A stretch of DNA of 63,995 nt, the filler included, from Stramenopiles sp. TOSAG23-6 (taxonomy: Eukaryota): assembly GCA_900128565.1 (NCBI GenBank). It is 5 parts of 5 records of this genome, joined end to end, with 100 filler letters (N's around TTAATTAATTAA, not from the genome) between each part and the next. Parts side by side here need not be neighbours in the genome. Positions count along the whole stretch, not along the records: positions 1 to 13,307 come from LT636170.1; 4 more parts are not named here. One strand, written 5' to 3'. This document shows positions 1-9,100 of the stretch, one piece after another (position 1 is the stretch's first letter; each line of letters begins with the position of its first letter). The translations under genes and the position numbers were made by a program. A model generated the notes under the pieces. It did not search any database. It was not told the DNA's origin and saw only the letters and a list, made by a program, of their open reading frames with translations.

Positions 1-476
1 CCCAAAACACCATCTTCTTCTAACTCCAAATAATTATCTTCTAAAAAGGTTTTCAATTTTTCAAAGTTTTTCTTAGCTCCACTAGATGTGTCATACTCAA
101 TGAGTACTTTATGACGTCCAGGTAATATCTTTCGTTTACTTTTCTTTCGAGATTTTCTCTTTTTTCTATTCTTCATTTCTTCTGGAGTTGCAAACTCGTC
201 ATCTTCCTCACTAGAAACAGTTTCTTCATCGACCAGGTTTTCGTTAGGATAATCATCATCAACACTACTATCTTCATCAATCTCATCATCGTATACATTC
301 TCTTTCTTCAATTCATCATCGTCTTTTGCTTCGCTTGCTAAAGGAACCTTGTCAGCTTCAGTCGTTGGCAATTTCGATTTGTATTTTAGCTGGTATGCAA
401 AATTTGCGTCACGAAGAGTCAACAAAGTTGACAAAGCAAAAATCACAGATACAAATAATATGCTAGAGTATCCCAT
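1..476 (-). CDS. Selenoprotein T/Rdx-family-like protein, 3'-truncated; N-terminal signal/TM, acidic linker
   Basis: Hand translation from ATG476: MGYSSILFVSVIFALSTLL... to ...KVLIEYDTSSGAKKNFEKLKTFLEDNYLELEEDGVLG at the window edge. It resembles the SelT CxxU region, with DxxS in place of CxxU. Confidence 0.55.
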   Translation of the reverse strand, partial: MGYSSILFVSVIFALSTLLTLRDANFAYQLKYKSKLPTTEADKVPLASEAKDDDELKKENVYDDEIDEDSSVDDDYPNENLVDEETVSSEEDDEFATPEEMKNRKKRKSRKKSKRKILPGRHKVLIEYDTSSGAKKNFEKLKTFLEDNYLELEEDGVL

Positions 477-701
477 CAACAAAACAATATCAGTAATACC
501 GTATTAAATACGAGAAAGTATTCACTTGTTAATCAATAAAACGCAAATTTTAGTACGAACGAACAGTCTGTCGAAGAACGAAGAAGAACTGACCTTGACT
601 TCGACTTCGACTTGACCACTTGAGCCATCAACGCAAAACCGCTTGCTAGCGCAGCAGCTATAGCAGGCGCTACTCATTTGAACTTCCCGAAAAATCGTTG
701 A

Positions 702-884
702 ATGAAGGCATCGTGGGTAATCATTGGTACTACCGCTGGGGCAGTAGCTGGATTTTACATACAGCATCGTGTTGCAGAAAAATATCACCTTGAGAACTCA
801 ACTTTTGTTAAAAACGAGGTCGAGCGTCGCATCAGGGAAGAACTAAGAAAAACCGAAAGCATCAATAGCATCCGAGAGAGGTGA
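702..884 (+). CDS. Small single-pass membrane protein (60 aa)
   Basis: ATG start, N-terminal hydrophobic Gly-rich helix (WVIIGTTAGAVAGFYI), charged helical tail. Confidence 0.6.
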   Translation: MKASWVIIGTTAGAVAGFYIQHRVAEKYHLENSTFVKNEVERRIREELRKTESINSIRER

Positions 885-939
885 AAACTAGACTTCCGTT
901 GCGATTGAATATTACTTCCGTAGAAGGATTGTATTTATA

Positions 940-3816
940 ATGCTCCGACGAATGAGATTTTATTCCTCCAGTCAGGTTTTTACTCTCTGTAGATTTTGTT
1001 CCAACGTCACAACTCAAGCTTCAAGCACATCTAAAAGTGATGGCGGGTTCAGTTATTCAGCGTTATGCAGTGTTTTAAGTAGAATAAGCACGTTCCAAGG
1101 TAACTCCGCAAAACTTCAAGGTGTTGAATTGTTATCATCTGTTTTCCGTCAGATACGCATAGAGCATTCTTCGGAAGAGATAGCTGCAGCAGTATGCTTA
1201 CTTTCTAATCGAACTGGTTTTAGGCTCCAATTTGGAAAAGTCGCGTTAGAGAAAGCCGTTATAGAAGCTTCCATCAATTCTCCTTTGATTGCAAATATCA
1301 TCGATGATGATGACTATAATGAGGATTTCATAGCTGCGGAAGTTGAATTTGGTAAAGTCTTGGTAGAATTAGGTGATTTCGGTCTCGCAGCAGAGTCATT
1401 ACTATCACATCAATTATCATCAGAAAACATTCAAAATTCATTCGAAACAAATTCAAAGTTAGAAAAACTACATTTAACAGTCGGTGAAATTTACTCGGAA
1501 CTTCAAGAAATATCTAGTGACAGTGGTAAAGGTGTATCAGTTCGTGATAGTACACGTATTAAAACACTATTATATCGTTGTCACTTGGGCGAAGAAGTTC
1601 GATTTTTGATTAGACAAATCGAAGTTTCACCTTTTAAGTCCAGAGGGTTAAACTTCGGTTTGGGTCCACAATTAGTTTTATCGGCTTTTGCTAGTTCAAT
1701 ACTACCTAAAACTGTATCTCGACAAGATGAACGATATGCTACAAATGTAGTTCAAAATGCTTTTGCAATATGTCCTAATTTGTATTTTGTTGTTTCAAAG
1801 TTATCAAAATTTGCTTCACACAGCCCTAACCCTAGTTCGGATTCTACTGAAATTATCAAAGACTTGGATATTTTTATAAATAAGGAATTCAGTGTAAAAT
1901 ATGGGTTTCCTGCACTTCCTATGCTTGCTTCACCCACAAATAGTGCTGAAGAAATTGCAAAGCGGCTTTTTCCTTTCGTGGAAAACTATCAACAAGAAAA
2001 TGATGTAAGCAAGAATATCGCCAAAAACGCAAAGAATCTCCTTCCAAAGAATAAGATTTCGTGTACGTCATTTATGTCTGAGTGGAAGTATGATGGACAT
2101 AGGTTACAAGTTCATTTAGATACTAGAAACAAATCGGTTGAATTGTTCTCTCGAGGTTTAGAGAATCGAACGAAATTTTATCCAGATTTGTGTGACACAA
2201 TTTTAAATGCATTTTGTGGTACAATGCAAAACATGAATAATGATTATCATTTATATACTGAAAGGGATGATTATCATTTACATACGGAGAGTGATGATAA
2301 TTTATATATTTTAGATGGAGAAATTGTTCCAGTGAATGAAAATGGTACTATTTTGCCATTTGAGCATATGAAAGGCAGAAGAAATGATACAGAATCTGCT
2401 GTAGGTGGAGTTGCATTTGTAGCATTTGATATACTAAAACTAAATGGAAAAAATATATTGGATGTGCCGATATCTTTGAGACGTCAATATTTACACCGTA
2501 ACTTCTGCGAAAGTGTCACGAAAGAATTGAACGATTCAAATCATGATTTAAATCATGATTTAAATCATGATTTAAATCATGATTTGATAGAAATAAAGAA
2601 AAGAACAGAAAAGGAAACACATACTAATGACAATTCAAACCCTAACCCTAATCATGATTTGATAGAAATAAAGAAAAGGACAGAAAAGGAAACACATAAT
2701 AATGACAATTCCATTTGTCATTTTTTTTTTGCAAAATCAGAAAATATCCATATAAATTTTCATTGTGATGAAACTGAACAATTCATATATTCGATGAATG
2801 TTGATGGTTCCAATGGAAAATACACAAAAAATATCAAGATTGAAAATATACATGATAGTATTACAAAAATGATTCAAAGTGAATTTGAAAAAGCAGTTTC
2901 TGGAGGTGCTGAAGGCTTGGTTGTGAAAGCTACTGAATTTAATGCACCTTGTGAACATGAGATCCATAAAGATATATCATATAAATGTAATAAAAGATCC
3001 CTATATTGGATGAAGTTAAAGAAGGATGCCACTGGTGGGAAGGGTACTTCATTAGAAATAAAAAATAAAATAAATACAGAATCTGACAGTAACCAGCTTA
3101 GAAATTCTGGGATTGGTGGCAATACATTTGATTTAGTACCCATTGGAGCATATTGGGGTAAAGGTCGACGTAAAGGATTATATGGAGCATATTTAATGGC
3201 ATGTCGTTCCGAGGTAGATAATATGGATGTTTTCAATATGTATGATAGTTATGATGATATAAACTCTGTGAATCTTGATGGAAAATCGCAAAGTCCATAT
3301 TTTTATGGTTTAGGTTCGTCTTTTCAATCTGTATGTCGTCTAGGTTCGGGCTTCAGTGACATTACGATTCAAAATGCGATGGATAGTGTCAAAGGTAGCG
3401 AATTACAAAAATTATATAAACATAGAAAAGATAGTAAAAATTTACCTGGTGAAATTTCTTCGACTACTATACGACGAAAATTAAATAGACCAGATGTGTG
3501 GTTTGATCCACAAATACATAACCAAGTTTGGGAAGTTGCTGCGCAGGAAGTTTCACTCTCTCCATCGCACGCAGCTGGTCATCGAATAATCAGTAGTATG
3601 CAAGAAAATACTGAGAATGATGGAGAAAAAACAAAAAATGAAGTGAAGAAAAAAACTTTTTCTAATACGGAAAAATCCTCATTTGGTTTAAGTTTACGAT
3701 TTCCAAGATTTCTTCAATTTCGTACTGATAAAAATGTAAATACTGCAACTGCCGCTGACGAAATTGCATCAGTGTATTTAGCTACAAAACAACGAAATAA
3801 TGAAGAAAATAATTGA
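940..3816 (+). CDS. ATP-dependent DNA ligase (ligase I-like), probable mitochondrial presequence
   Basis: Motifs EWKYDGHRLQVH, ILDGE, AFDIL, EGLVVK, WMKLKKD, DLVPIGAYWGKGRRKG, SLRFPRF; Arg/Ser-rich N-terminus MLRRMRFYSSS; intronless. Confidence 0.93.
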   Translation: MLRRMRFYSSSQVFTLCRFCSNVTTQASSTSKSDGGFSYSALCSVLSRISTFQGNSAKLQGVELLSSVFRQIRIEHSSEEIAAAVCLLSNRTGFRLQFGKVALEKAVIEASINSPLIANIIDDDDYNEDFIAAEVEFGKVLVELGDFGLAAESLLSHQLSSENIQNSFETNSKLEKLHLTVGEIYSELQEISSDSGKGVSVRDSTRIKTLLYRCHLGEEVRFLIRQIEVSPFKSRGLNFGLGPQLVLSAFASSILPKTVSRQDERYATNVVQNAFAICPNLYFVVSKLSKFASHSPNPSSDSTEIIKDLDIFINKEFSVKYGFPALPMLASPTNSAEEIAKRLFPFVENYQQENDVSKNIAKNAKNLLPKNKISCTSFMSEWKYDGHRLQVHLDTRNKSVELFSRGLENRTKFYPDLCDTILNAFCGTMQNMNNDYHLYTERDDYHLHTESDDNLYILDGEIVPVNENGTILPFEHMKGRRNDTESAVGGVAFVAFDILKLNGKNILDVPISLRRQYLHRNFCESVTKELNDSNHDLNHDLNHDLNHDLIEIKKRTEKETHTNDNSNPNPNHDLIEIKKRTEKETHNNDNSICHFFFAKSENIHINFHCDETEQFIYSMNVDGSNGKYTKNIKIENIHDSITKMIQSEFEKAVSGGAEGLVVKATEFNAPCEHEIHKDISYKCNKRSLYWMKLKKDATGGKGTSLEIKNKINTESDSNQLRNSGIGGNTFDLVPIGAYWGKGRRKGLYGAYLMACRSEVDNMDVFNMYDSYDDINSVNLDGKSQSPYFYGLGSSFQSVCRLGSGFSDITIQNAMDSVKGSELQKLYKHRKDSKNLPGEISSTTIRRKLNRPDVWFDPQIHNQVWEVAAQEVSLSPSHAAGHRIISSMQENTENDGEKTKNEVKKKTFSNTEKSSFGLSLRFPRFLQFRTDKNVNTATAADEIASVYLATKQRNNEENN

Positions 3817-3989
3817 TTGAGTAGAACCTTGTAACGGGGAGATTTTTATTAAATGAACAAACAGCTAAATTCCAGCTAAATTCGTTACATTTATAAAATA
3901 ACAAGATGGTTGTTCGACGTGGGTATAGATAATCTATTAATGAATGAAACATATTTCTACTATATAAAAGCGGTCATATGACAAACATT

Positions 3990-4016
3990 CTAACCCTAAC
4001 CCTAACCCTAACCCTA
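3990..4016 (+). repeat. Interstitial telomere-like repeat (TAACCC)4
   Basis: ctaaccctaaccctaaccctaacccta between convergent genes. Confidence 0.85.
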
Positions 4017-4038
4017 TACAATTTTCACTCTTCTCCAC

Positions 4039-5058
4039 TTAAAATCCCGAACCGAAAAAATAATTCCACCACGATGATCCATTATTGAAAAGTTTTGTAC
4101 AAGCTGCAGCGAAATCTTTTCGAAATAATTCTTCATCATCTTTGTACATCTTCACATATTTCAAAAAAATTTCATCTTCAATGAGGGCAATGTCCGTAGG
4201 AAGCATCATCAAATCACGCCCGGAATNTTTATTTTCATACTGGAGTGGCCCTCTCCATCTTCTGACAGTCCATTTTTCCTCAATTAAGAGTCTAAAATAT
4301 TCATTAGAAAAAGTCGTTGGGGCACGAGTCCAAGGACCATCAAAACCTGACCGTGATGTATGGCAACGACCTAATGCATGGGCTCCGGAGAGTGCTACAA
4401 TTTCGCGGTCATTGAAACCCATTCGGTAAAATATATCACGCAAGTGTTGTGCACCCTGAGCTGCATCTGGGAGGCGACCATCAGGAGTGGGAGCATCGTC
4501 ACCTGGTGTTGTAGCATCTGCTGCATCAGTTCGGCCAGGATAAAATTTAATGGTAGGGCCTCCCATTTCTTCTATAGCCACAATACCTGCAAGAATCCAC
4601 AGATCAGCATATGAAATAGATGGGTGTTTTCGTTTGATGCTTTCCAAGAATTTTTGGGCAAGATGCAAACCAGCGTTCCCTCCGTGGTCAACTTCAGGTG
4701 AGAAACGCATTGTGGCACCGTTGCTACCTCCATATCCCCCAACACCGGACTTATCAAATGAACCAGAAGAATGCCAAGCCAATCTCAAAAATATTGGTCC
4801 TAAAGACCCATCATCCCAGTCTTCATTATCTAAAAGATCAGCAATGTCCTTTCGAACCTGCTCGTAGTCAGGTTTAGCATCAGCTGAGGCAGCAACGACA
4901 AGGCCACCTGTAGCTAAACAAGTAGCGAATACATACTTAAAATTCTTGTCCTGACTTTTATAAGCCATTACATTGTGACGCACCTTTTGACGAAATGTGG
5001 ATGTGGCACGGGCGCCAATGCGCATCGAACGAGCGCGTGTAGCAATGCGAGAGAACAT
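4039..5058 (-). CDS. CCP1: Cytochrome c peroxidase (class I heme peroxidase), mitochondrial
   Basis: [52 protein letters not shown]; mitochondrial presequence. Confidence 0.92.
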   Translation of the reverse strand: MFSRIATRARSMRIGARATSTFRQKVRHNVMAYKSQDKNFKYVFATCLATGGLVVAASADAKPDYEQVRKDIADLLDNEDWDDGSLGPIFLRLAWHSSGSFDKSGVGGYGGSNGATMRFSPEVDHGGNAGLHLAQKFLESIKRKHPSISYADLWILAGIVAIEEMGGPTIKFYPGRTDAADATTPGDDAPTPDGRLPDAAQGAQHLRDIFYRMGFNDREIVALSGAHALGRCHTSRSGFDGPWTRAPTTFSNEYFRLLIEEKWTVRRWRGPLQYENKXSGRDLMMLPTDIALIEDEIFLKYVKMYKDDEELFRKDFAAACTKLFNNGSSWWNYFFGSGF

Positions 5059-5293
5059 GACGAGAGGTTAAAGGGTGGCTGCAGGTAACTAGCTAATAAC
5101 AGAGACAATGCGAGTTCGTGGTAATAAATAAAGATTAATACGAAACAATTTCGGCGGGGGAGTCGGGGTTCGTAAAATCAACCTTGCGCTTGTAAAATTC
5201 ATGCAGTCAAAAAAAAAATTCATCGAAGGAATTCGGATTTCGGAATTTATTATTTCGATTTCGAAGAATTTCAAATTCAAAATTTCGAAAATA

Positions 5294-6067
5294 ATGAATT
5301 TCGCGCGCGAAATATTGCCACCGCCACGACACGTAGTACTATTACCTACATTAGCGACGATAACAATCGCAACAATGGGGATGAATTGGGATAATTTCGC
5401 ACTCCTTCAAGGAAACTATTTTACGTTATGCCTCTTTATGCATATATGTGTTACTCTGATGGCGCGAGCAGGTGAATGGATGCCAATGCCTCTACCTCAG
5501 GCGTTAATCTTTTGTGTCTTCACCACATTTGGAGGTGGTATCATTGGAGGAATTACTTTGAATAAAGTTCCGTTCCCAGCGAGAAATGATGTTGTCATTC
5601 CAATGTTATTCCTTGCAATGATGATGGTGAAACGCTTCGAAGAACGCTTTCAACGGTTGAAAAAATTAATGACAATACTTGCACAATTTTGGCGCACGCA
5701 TGCCATCGTATGCATGGTGAAACTCGCTCAAAACGAGATCACAACTGAGAGTTACTTCGATGAGGGCCCAGCCATTGTAGGGCCTATTTTAATTGGTACA
5801 CTTGCTGGGTGTGGGGGTATGTTCTTTTTTACGAATATTACGCATGCTGCTATAAATTGTAATGAAGGGCCTTTTGGAGTAAAATGGAATTTTTTCACTG
5901 CTTTCATTTCGGCTTTTTATTACCATGTGTCTACCTCGAGGTTTCAACAAAACCCAGATAGAGCTCGGCATCAAGTCGGATTTTTTCTATTTATTACTGC
6001 TATGTTGCGTTCAGTCATGATGCAGAAATTGAAGAAAGTTCGCAGCGAAGCTAAAAAACAACAATAA
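5294..6067 (+). CDS. TRIC/TMEM38-like trimeric intracellular cation channel
   Basis: Multi-TM protein with repeated TTFGGGII and GTLAGCGG motifs; ATG5294 preferred over 5201. Confidence 0.65.
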   Translation: MNFAREILPPPRHVVLLPTLATITIATMGMNWDNFALLQGNYFTLCLFMHICVTLMARAGEWMPMPLPQALIFCVFTTFGGGIIGGITLNKVPFPARNDVVIPMLFLAMMMVKRFEERFQRLKKLMTILAQFWRTHAIVCMVKLAQNEITTESYFDEGPAIVGPILIGTLAGCGGMFFFTNITHAAINCNEGPFGVKWNFFTAFISAFYYHVSTSRFQQNPDRARHQVGFFLFITAMLRSVMMQKLKKVRSEAKKQQ

Positions 6068-6125
6068 AAAAACTGCTGAGTGTACTAATATACTTAGACT
6101 CAATTTGTTGGATCATTTCTTTTTA

Positions 6126-9100
6126 TTAATTAACCATCGCAAAAGAATTTGCTGCTGCCCCTTGAAGCCGCACGATAATATTTTCCGCATCATGTATTTT
6201 TTTTAGTTGTAGTTGAATCCTTTCTTTTTTACCCGAAATATTTTTTGTGTCTGACAACAACGAAGCGAAAGACACCTTTTTTGAAAACAAGAAGGAATAT
6301 AAAGAAATTTCGAGATCTTTGTTCAATTTTCCTATTAATTTTAAAAGAATTGCCTTTGGTACAGAATCCTGAATTTTTTTACGAACGATGCCAAAATATG
6401 AATTTAGAACCAACTTAAGTAAACGGCTTTCAATTTCTTCAATTTCCAAAACACTTTTAGGCCTATACGCTATACGTCCGATTGCTGTCTTTTTTGATGC
6501 TGTTGCAGCTTTGTGCATTCGCAATTTTTGTTCTTCAGTACGTCTTTTTTGTTCAGCTCTTTGATGTTCCCGTTTGTTTTTTTCTTGGGCTTCTTTAGCA
6601 ATCTTTTGTTTGAAACGCCTCAAACGTTTCATATCTGTAACAATTTTAAATCGTTCTGCAAAACTTTGTTGTTTTATTCTTATCAATATTTTTTGATCAT
6701 CTTTTGAAGTTTCTGGCAGCCAACCAGCATGTTCACCAATCCAATCATCATCATCTACATAAATAAAATTAATATTAGTATCCGGATCTTTTTCTTCATC
6801 ATCGCCGATAATAACATCACCTGCTACAGGGCCCATTACACCATCATCAAACCTATCATCGTAATCATTCGTTTCTCGCCAACCGACGCCAAATGGGGCT
6901 ACAACTTTATACATTGGTCTCTGCCCCACTAACTCAAAAACATATTTTTTATCCCATTCGCCTGGATTTGATAATTCTATTTTATTTTCTTTTTGTTGTT
7001 TCATTTGAGAACCCCGAAGAAATAATTCAACATCTGGTTTTAAAGAGTTATTTGGAGGATAACTTTGATCTTTCCAATACTTAAATACTTCATCGCTTGT
7101 AATTTGTGCCCAAATGTTATAAAATTTATTACCTTTAAGAAATCCTGTTGATTTTTTTTGCAACTGTCCTTGCCATATAATAGTCGATGAAACTGTAGCA
7201 TTTTGTTCAAAGTTTCGAGGAGGAGGAGGAGGAGGTGCACCACGAGATTTATCTCTCCCATCATTGTCGTCACTCTCATCATCTTCTTCCAGATCTCGAT
7301 CTAACCGTTCCTCTTGTGCTTCAAGCTTGCGTTGGGCTTCAGCAATAACTTGAGCAGATATTTTGGCTATTACAAGTATGGTGAAGAAATATTTCAAAGA
7401 AAAAGAAATGTTAGGTACAAAATTTTCATAGTGAAAAAAATAAAATTAAAAATCATGATAAAAACACACGCGTCCGATTCGATGACGTTGACCAATAAAG
7501 TTAGGGTGTTCATTATTAATACGAACAAGTTCCATACTTATCATTTTATCCACTAATTCATCAGTTGGTGTACGTAAATTTCGAACTAATGAACCAGCCT
7601 CGGAACGAATGACGTCACCGAGCTGTGTATATCGTGTCATTTCAACTGTAGTCACGTGTGATACTAAATGTACAACATTATTTATTACATCGTCAATCAA
7701 CTTTTCACAAAATGGTCTCATTTGTTTAATACCTTTTCTGATAACACGTTCAAAGGCATCTCCAGGGGCGAATAGGCCAGTCCCAACAGTATTACCTAAA
7801 AGTTTTCTCAATTCATCTTTTGAGCATACTTGCATTATATCAATATCATCTAGTTGTTTCACAAATTGCTTAATTCTTAAATGTAGTTTTGCACCTTCTC
7901 GAAGTTTCGATGTGTAGGAATCAGTACCACTTCGTGTAGTCAAATCACTGATATTATCAATATTTCTTGTACAAACTGGTTCTCTGCGAAATTCTTTTAA
8001 TTGTAATTGATTTCGGACACCCATGGAATACGAAGTTAATGTTTTAGTAATGAGTTGAGCACGCTCCCTCGCATTTGAAGGTACGTCAACTAAGCTGTCA
8101 AGTAATGTCGTTTGTCTTTGAACAACTGCACTCACTTGACGTTGAATCTTGGGGAGATGTTGGACAATTGAATTTAACAATAATTGGTTGAGACGTTTTG
8201 CAAGATAAGCACTACCACATTGTGCAGATATAGTACTATACTTGGGATGCGATTTAAAAAAATTGGATTCAGCTCTTTGAGATGTTCTCAAAGTTACCCT
8301 TTCTTGCAAATCAGCTTGAGAGCGATTCACTACACCTATATAACCAAGTTTAAGTGGAATTACACCTTGTCCAGTAAGGGCACCAAATGCATCTGTTCCT
8401 CTATCCATTAAATCGAGTTTAGTAAGAACACCTAATGTCCGTTCTCCTGATGGATCTACTGTATGAGCTAATTGAAGTGCATCCGAAAGTGCAATATCTG
8501 TATTAGCAGCAGTAACAGCAAGTATGATGTATTGTAAACAAATATGTGTTTTTGAGTTTGAAATTCATTAGGTACAAAACTAAAATCTTTGCAAAAAACA
8601 AAATTGAAATTCATCATGATAACTTATATGCAATTCTTTTTCTCAATATAAGACATAATTAATTCACGTATAATTTCTTCAATATTGTCAGGTTGATTGC
8701 CCATAGGAACTCTAGTGATACCTGGAAGATCGATCACTGTTAAATTTAAAACATCTGCCGAGTAAATCTTTAAAAAAATAGGTTTTGCTGATATTGAAGA
8801 GCCCGATGCAATTTTCTCAGTGTCGTCAATAATTTCCTGTGCAATTTCACTAAAAATATCAAATCGACGGTTTGGAAGATGTCGAAATTCTCCGTATTCT
8901 TTAGTCAAGCCACGTGTTTTAACCAATGTAAGAACTAGCGGACGCCGCGTACAACAACCATTACTATCATGAGTGTGGTATATCAAGCATTTATACAATA
9001 ACTAAAATTACTGAAATTGAAAAAAGACTAAAAAAAATACTATAAAATTTGTTATACTGATGTGAAAAATATTTGTTTTTTTAGTAAAAATTTGTTAGGT

